NCBI GenBank assembly: GCA_022787145.1
Contig: JALFVM010000050.1
Location: 1,161 to 65,160, forward strand
Source of the DNA: Lachnospiraceae bacterium
GTDB lineage: Bacteria > Bacillota > Clostridia > Lachnospirales > Lachnospiraceae
Length of the DNA stretch: 64,000 nucleotides
Reading direction: 5' to 3'
Made by a program: the position numbers and the translations under genes. Every line of letters starts with the position of its first letter. Within the stretch, counting starts at the first letter, position 1. This document shows positions 11,341 to 21,096 of the stretch, piece by piece. The notes beneath the pieces are model-generated. The model saw nothing but the letters and a program-made list of their open reading frames with translations, ran no database searches and was not told the origin of the DNA.

Positions 11341-12183
11341 TTAAAGCACCTCCGTTTTGTGGCGAGTCACATGACAGTTGATGTTGATGGCACATGGCAT
11401 ACCTGCAATGTGCGTTGGTAATGTCTCAATATTCAGTCCGATGGCAGTTGTCTTTCCTCCAAAGCCCTGCGGTCCAATGCCAAGCTGGTTGATTTTCTCC
11501 AGCATCTCTTTTTCCAGATCTGCATAGAACGGATCTTCATTGGAAGAATCCAGCGGACGCATCAATGCCTTTTTAGCAAGAAGGGCTGCCTTGTCAAACG
11601 TTCCTCCGATTCCGACTCCGACGACCATCGGCGGACATGGATTCGGTCCTGCTGTCTCAACCGTTTCCAGAATAAAGTCTTTGATTCCCTGCAGACCTGC
11701 GGAAGGCTTAAACATACGGATCGCACTCATATTTTCGCTTCCGAATCCTTTTGGTCCGACCGTAATCTTTACCTGTTCGCCCGGAACAATTTCTGTATAA
11801 ATCATAGCTGGTGTGTTGTCTCCCGTGTTTCCTCGTCGCACCGGATCCTTTACCACAGATTTGCGCAGATATCCTTTGTCATATCCGCGGCGCACGCCTT
11901 CATTGACTGCCTCAGTCAGATCTCCGCCAACCAGATGTACATCCTGACCGATTTCCAGAAAGACACAGGCCATTCCGGTATCCTGACAGATCGGTACATT
12001 CTCCTCATCTGCAATCGTAAAATTTTCAATAATATTGTCCAGTACTCCTTTTGCTATTTCTCCATCCTCACAGGCACGGCAATTTTTGATCGCACATTTT
12101 ACATCTTCGGGAAGATGTTCATTCGCCTCGATACAGAGCTTTTCAATCACATCTGTAAGCTGGCTCACTTCTATTTCACGCAT
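11341..12183 (-). CDS. Fe-S hydro-lyase alpha subunit (class I fumarate hydratase / tartrate dehydratase type)
   Basis: 280 aa with conserved Cys ligand context (PICQDTGM, CPPMVVGVGIGG), as in two-subunit FumA/TtdA proteins. Confidence 0.85.
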   Translation of the reverse strand: MREIEVSQLTDVIEKLCIEANEHLPEDVKCAIKNCRACEDGEIAKGVLDNIIENFTIADEENVPICQDTGMACVFLEIGQDVHLVGGDLTEAVNEGVRRGYDKGYLRKSVVKDPVRRGNTGDNTPAMIYTEIVPGEQVKITVGPKGFGSENMSAIRMFKPSAGLQGIKDFILETVETAGPNPCPPMVVGVGIGGTFDKAALLAKKALMRPLDSSNEDPFYADLEKEMLEKINQLGIGPQGFGGKTTAIGLNIETLPTHIAGMPCAININCHVTRHKTEVL

Positions 12184-12266
12184 CCAAAATCCTCTCCTTT
12201 CTTCGTTCCATGAAAGTATATAAACTCACGAGGCTATTCTACCATAAAACAAAAAAATATACTATG

Positions 12267-13877
12267 TTATCTTTCGTGACGGGCATATTTCGGAAGCAAC
12301 AATGGAGAAACATTTCCTGTCTCTACGTTTGCCTCCTTAAGCTCTTCTGCATAGGTGTTGATGTGATTGAGGTTTGGCTCCCCAAGTTCAACGGATTTGC
12401 ATTTTGCAGCAGCCTTTTTCCCTGCATTTCTGCCAAATACAATCACATCCAGAAGAGAGTTACCCATCAGTCTGTTTCTTCCATGAATTCCGCCTGCAGC
12501 TTCTCCTGCAACTAAAAGATTCGGAATTGTTTTTGTAAATCCATCCCCATCAATCTCAAGACCACCATTCTGATAGTGAAGTGTTGGGTAAATCAAGATT
12601 GGCACCTTTCTCATATCAATGCCATAGTTCATGTACATACGGAACATAGCTGGAATTCTCTTTTCGATGGTTCCCTCTCCACCAAGAATTTCAATCATCG
12701 GCGTATCAAGCCATACTCCTTGCTGACCACCTGGGACCTCTACACCGCGTCCTTCCTGGCACTCCCGGATAACGCCGGAAGCATTTACATCACGAGTTTC
12801 CAGTGGATGAATGTAAGCTTCTCCGTTTTTATTTACAAGCTGTGCACCAACAGAACGTACTTTTTCTGTTACTAACGCTCCCATAATCTGTGGTGGATAT
12901 ACGGCTCCTGTTGGATGATACTGGATAGAATCCTGATAAAGAAGTGGAGCACCCGCTCTGTATCCCAACACAAGTCCATCTGCGGTTGCACCATAATGGT
13001 TGGATGTTGGGAATCCCTGGTAATGCATTCGTCCTGCACCACCTGTTGCGATTACTACGGTCTTTGCTTTTGCAACCGAATAGTCTCCTGTCTCCATGTT
13101 CAAAAGAACAGCACCGGCAACCTGTCCTTTTTCATCTTTCAGAAGTTCAACGGCAGAAGTAAATTCAACTACCGGGATACCAAGATTCAAAACTTCATCT
13201 CTCAGTGTACGCATAATTTCTGCTCCGGAATAATCTTTTGCCGCATGCATTCTTTTTCTTGAAGTACCACCGCCATGTGTGGTTACCATTCTTCCGTCTT
13301 CTTCTTTATCAAATTCCACGCCAAGTTCATTGAGCCATTTGATTGCATCCGGAGCTTCCATGACAAGTCTTTTTACAAGCTCTGGCTTTGCAGCAAAGTG
13401 TCCGCCGCCAAAGCAGTCCAGATAATGCGGTACCGGTGAATCATTTTCTTTATCTGCTGCCTGGATTCCTCCTTCCGCCATCATTGTATTGGCATCACCA
13501 ATACGAAGTTTTGTAACGATCATGACATTTGCGCCTGCATTGTGGGCTTCAATGGCACACGAAGAACCAGCTCCGCCGCCGCCAATGACAAGTACATCAA
13601 CATCATAATCTATTTTTGTAAGATCTATCGTTTCACTCATCAGACGACTTGTCGAATGGAGCATTGCTGCCAACTCAAGTGGAGCTTTCTGTCCTTTATT
13701 TGGTCCAACTTTGATCTCTGCAAACGCATCTGGGTTATAATCCGGATGGAACTCTTTCAAGAGAGCATCTTTTTCATCCGCTGTCAGACGTCTAGGCTCT
13801 GTTGCCATACGTTCTGCTCTTGTAGCTTCTACCTTTTTGATAGATTCCATCATGTTTTCTGGATATGGTGCATACAT
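12267..13877 (-). CDS. Soluble SdhA/FrdA-family FAD flavoprotein (fumarate reductase-like) with about 100-aa N-terminal extension
   Basis: Motifs seen:
- Dinucleotide fold DVLVIGGGGAGSS.
- ATGGAGR.
- QYHPTG (HPT motif).
- TEKVR (catalytic Arg position of TEGCRGEGG).
- HYQNGG.
- GEAAGGIHGRNRLMGNSLLD.

Asn replaces the covalent-FAD His (DANTMMAEGG). Confidence 0.75.
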   Translation of the reverse strand: MYAPYPENMMESIKKVEATRAERMATEPRRLTADEKDALLKEFHPDYNPDAFAEIKVGPNKGQKAPLELAAMLHSTSRLMSETIDLTKIDYDVDVLVIGGGGAGSSCAIEAHNAGANVMIVTKLRIGDANTMMAEGGIQAADKENDSPVPHYLDCFGGGHFAAKPELVKRLVMEAPDAIKWLNELGVEFDKEEDGRMVTTHGGGTSRKRMHAAKDYSGAEIMRTLRDEVLNLGIPVVEFTSAVELLKDEKGQVAGAVLLNMETGDYSVAKAKTVVIATGGAGRMHYQGFPTSNHYGATADGLVLGYRAGAPLLYQDSIQYHPTGAVYPPQIMGALVTEKVRSVGAQLVNKNGEAYIHPLETRDVNASGVIRECQEGRGVEVPGGQQGVWLDTPMIEILGGEGTIEKRIPAMFRMYMNYGIDMRKVPILIYPTLHYQNGGLEIDGDGFTKTIPNLLVAGEAAGGIHGRNRLMGNSLLDVIVFGRNAGKKAAAKCKSVELGEPNLNHINTYAEELKEANVETGNVSPLLLPKYARHER

Positions 13878-13890
13878 GTTTCACGCCCTC

Positions 13891-14568
13891 CTATTTCTCA
13901 ATTTCTCTGTTGTTGTAAAGTTCCTGCATTTCCGTAATGGGCTTTTGCATAATCTGTTCAATAAGCTCATCATACTTACCATTGTTAATTTCTTCTACTC
14001 TTGCGGTGAGATGTTTCGCCTCCGGAGCAATGTATTTTCCTGTGAGACGTCTTGCCAGAAGCCCTACCATCGGGTGAGAAATTCCCGCCGGACATCTGAC
14101 AGAACAGCATCCGCAGCTTACGCAGTCAAACGATTCCTCTGCACATTTTTCGAACTCACCTCTCTGCGCGTAAGCAATATACTGCATCACGTTTAGATCC
14201 TGTGTACATGCTTTTGTGCAGGCATTACATCCGATACAGCTGTAGATTTCCGGGTACAGTTCCATCATGATTTGCTGGTCTGGTTTGATTTCTTCTATGT
14301 CATACGTTCTCTTATCCGTCGGGAAGAACGGAATACTTGCCACATACATACCTTCCTCTACCTGAGTCTGACATGCAAGACAGGTCTTTAACTCATTCTT
14401 GCCTTTGATTCTGTAAATTGTAGCGCATGCGCCGCAGAATCCGTGGCGGCAGCCGCATCCCCTTTTTAAGGTATATCCGGCATATTCCATGGCAGTCATA
14501 ATCGTCAGGTCTGCAGGCACACTATATTTCTTACCGAAAAAATATACATTTACCATTTTTTCCATCAT
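13891..14568 (-). CDS. SdhB/FrdB-like iron-sulfur subunit (2Fe-2S plus two cubane-cluster motifs)
   Basis: CRHGFCGAC...C (Cx4Cx2C plant-type 2Fe-2S), CIGCNACTKAC and CVSCGCCSVRCP motifs. 225 aa, adjacent to the flavoprotein. Confidence 0.7.
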   Translation of the reverse strand: MMEKMVNVYFFGKKYSVPADLTIMTAMEYAGYTLKRGCGCRHGFCGACATIYRIKGKNELKTCLACQTQVEEGMYVASIPFFPTDKRTYDIEEIKPDQQIMMELYPEIYSCIGCNACTKACTQDLNVMQYIAYAQRGEFEKCAEESFDCVSCGCCSVRCPAGISHPMVGLLARRLTGKYIAPEAKHLTARVEEINNGKYDELIEQIMQKPITEMQELYNNREIEK

Positions 14569-14591
14569 CGGTTTTGTCCTTTCTACTCGTT

Positions 14592-15446
14592 CTAATACTC
14601 ATTAGGCAGTTCGTCAATTTCATCACAGCGAAATACCGGTCCGTCCTTGCAGACATATTTGGAGCCGATATTGCAGCGACCACATTTTCCAACTCCGCAT
14701 TTCATGCGAAGCTCCAGAGTTGTGTAAACCTGCTCTTTGGAAAAGCCAAGTTCCTGTAAGCCGGCCAGTACAAACTTAATCATAATCGGAGGTCCGCACA
14801 CAAGCGCTGTCTTATCTGTGGAAAAACCGATTTCCTTCAGATAATTCGGTACAAATCCTACGTGTCCGTCCCATCCTTCCTGCTCACGGTCGATGGTCAG
14901 ATACACATTTACGCCCTCTGTTTTCATCCATACTTCCTGAATTTCTTTCAGCTGAACAAGATCATCCGCAGAGCGGGAACCATAGAGAATGTCCACCGTT
15001 CCATAATTTTCACGATTATCCAGCACATAATTGATCACGGAACGAAGCGGCGCAAGGCCGATTCCACCGGCAATAAACAACAGATTTTTTCCTTTTAACT
15101 CTGTCTCCACCGGAAAATGATTGCCGTAAGGTCCTCTTACTGTAATCTCATCGCCGACTTCCAGACTATGAAGATAATCAGTCAGCATCCCACACTTCTT
15201 AATACTAAATTCCTGATATTCTTTGTTTGTCGGTGAAGATGTGATGGAAAACATTCCCTCACTGATGCCAGGCGCACAGACCATCGCGCACTGTCCCGGC
15301 ATATGCTCAAACAGTTTTCCTCCCTCCGGCGCATTGACGCGAAACGTCTTTACATCCGGTGTCTCCTGACGAATATCTGTGATGATTCCCACCTGAGGAA
15401 TTAGCGTGTCTAACGTATAATTTTTATGACAGGTACATTCGCTCAT
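14592..15446 (-). CDS. FAD/NAD(P)H-binding oxidoreductase with C-terminal 2Fe-2S (FlxA / AsrB / HydG-gamma type)
   Basis: Ferredoxin-NADP-reductase-like fold (RGPYG, LFIAGGIGLAPL) and C-terminal CGVGKCGRC cluster motif. Confidence 0.75.
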   Translation of the reverse strand: MSECTCHKNYTLDTLIPQVGIITDIRQETPDVKTFRVNAPEGGKLFEHMPGQCAMVCAPGISEGMFSITSSPTNKEYQEFSIKKCGMLTDYLHSLEVGDEITVRGPYGNHFPVETELKGKNLLFIAGGIGLAPLRSVINYVLDNRENYGTVDILYGSRSADDLVQLKEIQEVWMKTEGVNVYLTIDREQEGWDGHVGFVPNYLKEIGFSTDKTALVCGPPIMIKFVLAGLQELGFSKEQVYTTLELRMKCGVGKCGRCNIGSKYVCKDGPVFRCDEIDELPNEY

Positions 15447-16477
15447 GATTTGTCACCTCCCTGTTTTTCAAACGCTTTGATTACTTTTACAATATTTAAA
15501 GATGACGGACATTTCTCAACACAGCGTCCGCATCCCACGCAGGAATACATGCCGTCATTGTTTGCCGGAAAATAGACCAGTTTGTGCATAAATCTCTGGC
15601 GGAAGCGCTGCATCTGACTGGTTCGGTTGTTTCCGTGTGCCATCATCGTAAAATCAGAGTACATACAGGAATCCCAGCAGCGATAACGTTTGATTCCATG
15701 TCCGGTATCATAGTCTTTGATGTCATAGCACTGGCAGGTCGGACACACAAAGGTACACGTTCCACATGCCAGACATGGCTTGTACAGCTCTTCCCAGAGC
15801 GGAGAATCAAATTTTTCTTTTAAAGCTTCTCCATTCCAACCTTCTAAAGACATCTGTGCATTTGGCAGTTTTTCCATAATCGCGCGGATAGACTGTTTTT
15901 GCTCTTCGACTTTTTCTTCTATTGTATCAGAAAGCAGTTCTTTCACTTGTCCTGTCAGTGTCTCACCTCTCTCGGTCAGTGATTTCCAGTAAAGTTCTTC
16001 CTCTGTCATCCACACAGCTACATCTGCAGAAGGCTCTGCGCAGTCAATGCCAAACACATTGCAAAAACAGGTTTCCTCCGGCTCTTTGCAGGCCATGGCT
16101 ACGATAGTTCCATGCTCTCTTCTCGCCGCATAGAAAGAATCGACCGGGTCTGCCAGAAAGACTTTATCCAGCACCTCAATTCCTCTGACATCACACGCTT
16201 TCATGCCAAACACAACAAAATCCTGTTCCTTTAACGCCTCCGGCTCCACAGACAGTTTTTTGCCATCTCTTACGCAAGTATACAGATTCTCACTCTGTGG
16301 AAAAAACGCGTCTTTTGGGGATTTTACAGTTTTCAAAGTATCCAGATCTACCTCCGCCTCTTTGCTCCAGGCTCCGAAATTTACCTGATTTCCTGTTTTT
16401 ACAGGTACATACAATTCCTGATTCTCAGCAATCTTTCGGAATAATGCGCTGAGATTTTCTTTTGCTATCTTATACAT
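15443..16477 (-). CDS. 4Fe-4S dicluster protein (FlxB / AsrA / sulfhydrogenase-beta type)
   Basis: CLACGTCTFVCPTCQC and CVGCGRCVEKCP motifs. 4-nt overlap with the downstream FlxA-like gene. Confidence 0.65.
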   Translation of the reverse strand: MYKIAKENLSALFRKIAENQELYVPVKTGNQVNFGAWSKEAEVDLDTLKTVKSPKDAFFPQSENLYTCVRDGKKLSVEPEALKEQDFVVFGMKACDVRGIEVLDKVFLADPVDSFYAARREHGTIVAMACKEPEETCFCNVFGIDCAEPSADVAVWMTEEELYWKSLTERGETLTGQVKELLSDTIEEKVEEQKQSIRAIMEKLPNAQMSLEGWNGEALKEKFDSPLWEELYKPCLACGTCTFVCPTCQCYDIKDYDTGHGIKRYRCWDSCMYSDFTMMAHGNNRTSQMQRFRQRFMHKLVYFPANNDGMYSCVGCGRCVEKCPSSLNIVKVIKAFEKQGGDKS

Positions 16478-16480
16478 CCA

Positions 16481-17455
16481 TTATCCCCTTTCTTTCACAA
16501 TCCCCGGTTCCACATCGTCAAAAGTAAAGCTCGTCAGCGGCACATCAGCCTCAATATCTTCTCCTGCCTGATATTCTCCGTAAAATTCATTGATATCCTT
16601 AATAAATTTGCGGTTAAACAGATGAAGCGGAATGCCCTGCGGACAGACTCTGCTGCACTCTCCGCAATCGGTACATCTTCCCGCCACATGGAAGGCACGG
16701 ATAATATGAAACATTTTTTCTTCAAAAGAATCAGCATTTGCCTTCTGAGAGCTGTCAAATTTCGTACTGTCAAACACACATTTTCTGCAGCTGCAGGCAG
16801 GGCAGACATTTCTGCAGGCATTGCAGCGGATACATTTGCTCAGTTCCTTCTGGAAAAACGCAAATTTTTCTTCCGGACTCATTTTTTCAATGCGCTCTAC
16901 CTCTGCAAAACGATCCCCATCTTTTGTGTCCTTAGACTCTCCAATTAACTCATCGTAAATCTGATGTTCTTTCCCCTTACACACATGGCATCTCTCAAGC
17001 ATACCATCTGAATAAGCACATGTTTTCTCTCCATAGATAGTCTGAATGGTCAGTGTATCTGCCGCATCTGTAAGCTCTGCGCCCTCAATGCTTCGGATTC
17101 CTTTGATTCCCTGTGCTCTAATCTTCTCAATGTCCAGTTTACCTTTACATCCCACACCGATGATGTACGCTTTCTCTCTGTCAATGCGATGTTCCTTCAA
17201 AAGCTGGTTAAAGCTATATGTATCGCAGGGTTTTAAACAAATCAGTGTTTTTCCTTCCATTTTGGATGCTTCAATCATATATTTGCTTAAATTTGCACCG
17301 CAGAATCCATTGTACACAAATTCATCCAGAGATTGGGCGGTTTCAAAATAGGATGGCTGCACATCGTAGGACATCTCTCCTGCTTTCCATCCCAGAACAC
17401 GGGCTACTGTCCCATCTGCAAGCAGTTCTTTGGCACGGTTTACTATTTCCTGCAT
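16481..17455 (-). CDS. 4Fe-4S dicluster protein (FlxC / FrhB-related type)
   Basis: CIRCNACRNVCPACSC and CTDCGECSRVCPQGIP motifs. Sits between the MvhD-like and FlxB-like genes. Confidence 0.6.
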   Translation of the reverse strand: MQEIVNRAKELLADGTVARVLGWKAGEMSYDVQPSYFETAQSLDEFVYNGFCGANLSKYMIEASKMEGKTLICLKPCDTYSFNQLLKEHRIDREKAYIIGVGCKGKLDIEKIRAQGIKGIRSIEGAELTDAADTLTIQTIYGEKTCAYSDGMLERCHVCKGKEHQIYDELIGESKDTKDGDRFAEVERIEKMSPEEKFAFFQKELSKCIRCNACRNVCPACSCRKCVFDSTKFDSSQKANADSFEEKMFHIIRAFHVAGRCTDCGECSRVCPQGIPLHLFNRKFIKDINEFYGEYQAGEDIEADVPLTSFTFDDVEPGIVKERG

Positions 17456-17886
17456 CTCAAATCCCCCAATCTTACATTTTTTCCAAGTGCATGAATCTTC
17501 TCCGCAAACTCATTCATGGTCGTGGAGAATTTTACGCCCTCTGCGGCAGATACCCACTCCACACGGGTACGTCCATTTTCCACGCCAATATAATCAAGCA
17601 TGGAAAACAAAAGCGTCATACGTCTTCTCGCATAATAATTTCCTGTACTGTAATGACAATCTCCCGGATGGCATCCACACATAATCACTCCGTCTGCACC
17701 CTTCTCAAACGCGCGCAGGATAAACATCGGATTGACACGGCAAGAACATGGAACACGAATGATCTTTACATCTGCCGGGTAGCCAAGACGGCTGCTTCCC
17801 GCCAGATCGGCACCTGCATAACTGCACCAGTTACAACAGAATGCTACGATTTTAGGTCTGAATTCTTCTTTGTTTTCTATCGACAT
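17443..17886 (-). CDS. MvhD-type hydrogenase iron-sulfur subunit (FlxD)
   Basis: MvhD signature FCCNWCSYAGADLAG...RVPCSCRV...CGCHPGDCHY. The ATG at 17886 has GGAGG upstream. The longer ORF-track start (17985) lies inside hdrA. Confidence 0.85.
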   Translation of the reverse strand: MSIENKEEFRPKIVAFCCNWCSYAGADLAGSSRLGYPADVKIIRVPCSCRVNPMFILRAFEKGADGVIMCGCHPGDCHYSTGNYYARRRMTLLFSMLDYIGVENGRTRVEWVSAAEGVKFSTTMNEFAEKIHALGKNVRLGDLRCRK

Positions 17887-19865
17887 ATTGCATCTACCTC
17901 CGCGATAATCTGTCTGTTTGAGAATCCCTGTAAATCCATGGCTCCGGACGGGCAAGTAACGGTACATGCACCACAGCCCTGACACAGCGCACTGTTTACC
18001 TGAGCAAGACGGCGTACCTCTCGGATACCGTGGTCATTGACTTCTTTTTCTTCGTAAGTAATTGCTCCGTAAGGACATACATTGGCACAGGAAGAACATC
18101 CATTACACAAAAGTTCATCCGGTTTTGCCGTACATGGATTCGTCATCAGCTTGTCTTTTGCCAGAAGACCGATTGCTTTTACAGCGGCAGCTCCTGCCTG
18201 GGATACCGTCTCCGGAATATCTTTCGGTCCCTGACAAACACCGGAAAGGAAAATACCTGCCGTCGGGGATTCCACCGGCCGAAGCTTTGCATGTGCCTCT
18301 GTCAGGAAATTGTTGGTATCAATGCTTGCGGTCAGCATCGTTGCAATTTTTCTGACGGACGGGTCCGGCTCAATCGCAGCGGCCAGCACAACCATGTCTG
18401 CCTCCTTGAGAATCTGTTTGTTGTCCAGAAGGTCACTTCCCTGCACAAGAAGCTTGCCGTTCGGCTGAGGAATGACTTTTCCGACCTGACCTTTGATGTA
18501 ATTGACACCGTACTGTTCCACAGCTCTGCGATAGAACTCGTCAAAGTTTTTGCCCGGTGTACGCACATCGATATAGAATACCGTCACATTCACATCCGGA
18601 TATTTGTCACGAATCAGCATCGCATGTTTTGCTGTGTACATACAGCAGATTTTGGAACAATAGCTTTTTCCTCTATGATCGTCGCAGCGGCTTCCCACGC
18701 ACTGGATAAATACCATTTCCTTCGGTGCTTTTCCATCAGAAAGACGCTCCAGATGACCTTTCGTCGGTCCTGCGGCATTCATGATACGCTCCAGCTCCAG
18801 AGAAGTGACAACGTCCTTGCTCTGGTTATAGGCATACTCATCGTAATTGTCGAGCTTAATCATATCAAAGCCGGTCGCAACAACGATCGCGCCGTATTTT
18901 TCCGTGATAATTGTGTCTTTCTGTGTATAGTCAATCGCTCCTGCCTGACATACTTTGGAGCAGGCACCACATTTTCCTGTCTTAAATTTGATACAGCTTT
19001 GTGTATCGATGACCGGCACATTCGGAATTGCCTGTGCAAACGGTGTGTAAATCGCACTTCGCGTATTCAATCCACGGTTAAATTCGCTTGGTGTCTTTTT
19101 GGACGGACATTTCTCCTGACATACGCCACAACCGGTACATTTATTCTCATCTACATAGCGGGCTTTTTTGCGGATATCTACGGTAAAATCTCCCACGAAC
19201 CCAGATACCTTTTCGACCTCGCTGTATGTATAAATATTGATTTTTTCATGGGCAGATGCCTCCACCATCTTCGGTGTGAGAATGCACGCGGCACAGTCCA
19301 GCGTCGGGAAGGTTTTGTCAAGCTGAGACATTCTTCCGCCGATACTCGGTGTCTTCTCCACAATATCTACTTCATAGCCTGCATCTGCAATATCAAGTGC
19401 CGTCTGAATTCCTGCGATACCGCCGCCAATAACCAGCGCACGTTTTGTCACACGACTCTCGCCTGGCTGAAGCGGTGTGTTCAGATTGACTTTTGCAATG
19501 GCTGCCCTCGCCAGAATAACCGCCTTTTTGGTGGCCTCTTCCACGTCCTTGTGAATCCAGGAGCAATGCTCACGGATATTGGCGACTTCCACCATGTATG
19601 GGTTTAATCCCGCTTTTTCTACTGCCTTTCGGAATGTAGCTTCATGCATACGCGGGGAACAGGAACAGATCACAACACCAGTCAGACCATATTCTTTGAT
19701 GGCATGAATCACTTTTTCCTGCCCTGCCTCGGAACACATATACTGATAATCTTCCGAATAAACAACTCCCGGTTCCATACGAACCACATCTGCAACTTTT
19801 TTTACGTCTACCGAAGCGGCAATGTTGCTTCCGCAGTGGCAGACAAATACTCCTATCCTCTGCAC
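17877..19865 (-). CDS. hdrA: Heterodisulfide reductase subunit A-like flavoprotein
   Basis: About 660 aa. N-terminal Cys cluster VFVCHCGSNIA, FAD fold VIGGGIAGIQTA, two ferredoxin CxxCxxCxxxCP motifs. The likely GTG start at 19865 lies 8 nt after AGGAGG; the ORF-track start at 19874 abuts the RBS. Confidence 0.88.
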   Translation of the reverse strand: MQRIGVFVCHCGSNIAASVDVKKVADVVRMEPGVVYSEDYQYMCSEAGQEKVIHAIKEYGLTGVVICSCSPRMHEATFRKAVEKAGLNPYMVEVANIREHCSWIHKDVEEATKKAVILARAAIAKVNLNTPLQPGESRVTKRALVIGGGIAGIQTALDIADAGYEVDIVEKTPSIGGRMSQLDKTFPTLDCAACILTPKMVEASAHEKINIYTYSEVEKVSGFVGDFTVDIRKKARYVDENKCTGCGVCQEKCPSKKTPSEFNRGLNTRSAIYTPFAQAIPNVPVIDTQSCIKFKTGKCGACSKVCQAGAIDYTQKDTIITEKYGAIVVATGFDMIKLDNYDEYAYNQSKDVVTSLELERIMNAAGPTKGHLERLSDGKAPKEMVFIQCVGSRCDDHRGKSYCSKICCMYTAKHAMLIRDKYPDVNVTVFYIDVRTPGKNFDEFYRRAVEQYGVNYIKGQVGKVIPQPNGKLLVQGSDLLDNKQILKEADMVVLAAAIEPDPSVRKIATMLTASIDTNNFLTEAHAKLRPVESPTAGIFLSGVCQGPKDIPETVSQAGAAAVKAIGLLAKDKLMTNPCTAKPDELLCNGCSSCANVCPYGAITYEEKEVNDHGIREVRRLAQVNSALCQGCGACTVTCPSGAMDLQGFSNRQIIAEVDAICR

Positions 19866-19870
19866 CTGTT

Positions 19871-20260
19871 TCACCTCCTGTATCTTCTGAATGCACTGAC
19901 TAATAACTGCTGCGGAAGTTCCGGATCCAGCAGCTCTGGGATTTCATTCGGTGACAGATAATCCTGTCCTTTCTGGCGAACCACAAGCTGTCTGACTCCG
20001 TCAATGAGTTTTCCTGGTTTTACGTCTCTCGGGCAACGCTCCACACATGCAAAGCAGGATAAGCATTTCCACAGCGACTTTGAATTTGCAAGCGCCTCAA
20101 TATCCTCATTCAGGATGTAAGATACGAACTGATGCGGTTTGATGTCCATCTCATCGAACGCCGGACAGGTCGCGGAACATTTTCCGCATTTCATACATTT
20201 CAGAGGATTGACTCCACTGATTTCTCTAATCAATTCTGCCTGTTTCTTTGCATCACTCAC
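19871..20260 (-). CDS. hdrC: Heterodisulfide reductase subunit C-like 4Fe-4S protein
   Basis: 129 aa with CMKCGKCSATCP and CLSCFACVERCP. GTG start with GGAGG 10 nt upstream. GTGA overlap with the hdrB stop. Confidence 0.82.
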   Translation of the reverse strand: MSDAKKQAELIREISGVNPLKCMKCGKCSATCPAFDEMDIKPHQFVSYILNEDIEALANSKSLWKCLSCFACVERCPRDVKPGKLIDGVRQLVVRQKGQDYLSPNEIPELLDPELPQQLLVSAFRRYRR

Positions 20261-21057
20261 TGCTTTGTCACCTCCTCTTTCACGCCAAGTGCTTCTGCGA
20301 GAAGCTCTGTAAAATAATAAACGGGAAGTTTATTCTGTGCATCACTGTGATTTAAGTTGTACAGACACAATGGACAGGCGGTAATCAACATTTCTGCCCC
20401 GAAACCTTGTGCACTTTCCATAATCTTGCTGCACATATTTTTTGACATCTCTTTCTCTTTCAGAGAAATGTAACCGCCGCAGCACTCATTGCGGTAAGGA
20501 TAAATCACAGGTTCCCCTCCGATCGCACGGATAAATTCCTCGATGATCGATGGATTTTCCGGATTATCAAATTCCAAAATTTTTCCCGGGCGCAGCAGCA
20601 GACATCCATAATAAGCACCAATTTTTCTTCCTGTAAACGGATGTACGACTTTTTCTTTGATCGTATCAAATCCAACTCTGTCGCGAAGCACTTCCAGGTA
20701 ATGCAGTACGGTTGTTTCTCCGCAGTAAGGTTCTTCCAGCTGCATATAGTTATTGGCTCTTGTTCGGATATCTTCTACGTTTTTCATATCATCATTCACA
20801 CGCTTGATCACATGATGACAGGCCGAACAGAGAGTAATCAAATCCTGACCTTTTTCCTTTGCCTCATTCAAAGCTCTGACAGAAGAAAGCTTCGTGGCAA
20901 TCTCATCGCTGCCGAGCGGATATACTCCGCCGCAGCACTGCCAATTTTCAATCTCTTCCAGTTCAAATCCCAATACTCTGGCAGATGCTCTCGCATACGC
21001 ATCCAAATCCTTCGCTTTGGTTCTGAGTGTACATCCCGGATAATAACTGTATTTCAT
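20257..21057 (-). CDS. hdrB: Heterodisulfide reductase subunit B-like protein (two CCG domains)
   Basis: Two CCG motifs (WQCCGGVYPL, NECCGGYISL). The ATG at 21057 (MKYSYYPGC) is the typical HdrB N-terminus. Confidence 0.85.
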   Translation of the reverse strand: MKYSYYPGCTLRTKAKDLDAYARASARVLGFELEEIENWQCCGGVYPLGSDEIATKLSSVRALNEAKEKGQDLITLCSACHHVIKRVNDDMKNVEDIRTRANNYMQLEEPYCGETTVLHYLEVLRDRVGFDTIKEKVVHPFTGRKIGAYYGCLLLRPGKILEFDNPENPSIIEEFIRAIGGEPVIYPYRNECCGGYISLKEKEMSKNMCSKIMESAQGFGAEMLITACPLCLYNLNHSDAQNKLPVYYFTELLAEALGVKEEVTKQ

Positions 21058-21096
21058 CGTTCTTTTCCTTTCTTTGTACAAATCAAGTATAATTGT

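Noticed and set aside
17443-17985. Longer 180-aa version of the MvhD-like ORF, with similar N-terminally extended ORF-track starts for livG, the liv binding protein, hdrB, argS, the FN3 protein and both adaptors
   Set aside because: The extensions overlap upstream genes and lack RBSs. Internal ATG codons with GGAGG-type RBSs give the family-typical N-termini, so the shorter coordinates were reported.
18030-19607. 525-aa plus-strand ORF
   Set aside because: It is antisense to hdrA, which has clear FAD and Fe-S motifs. It is a shadow ORF with no recognisable domain.
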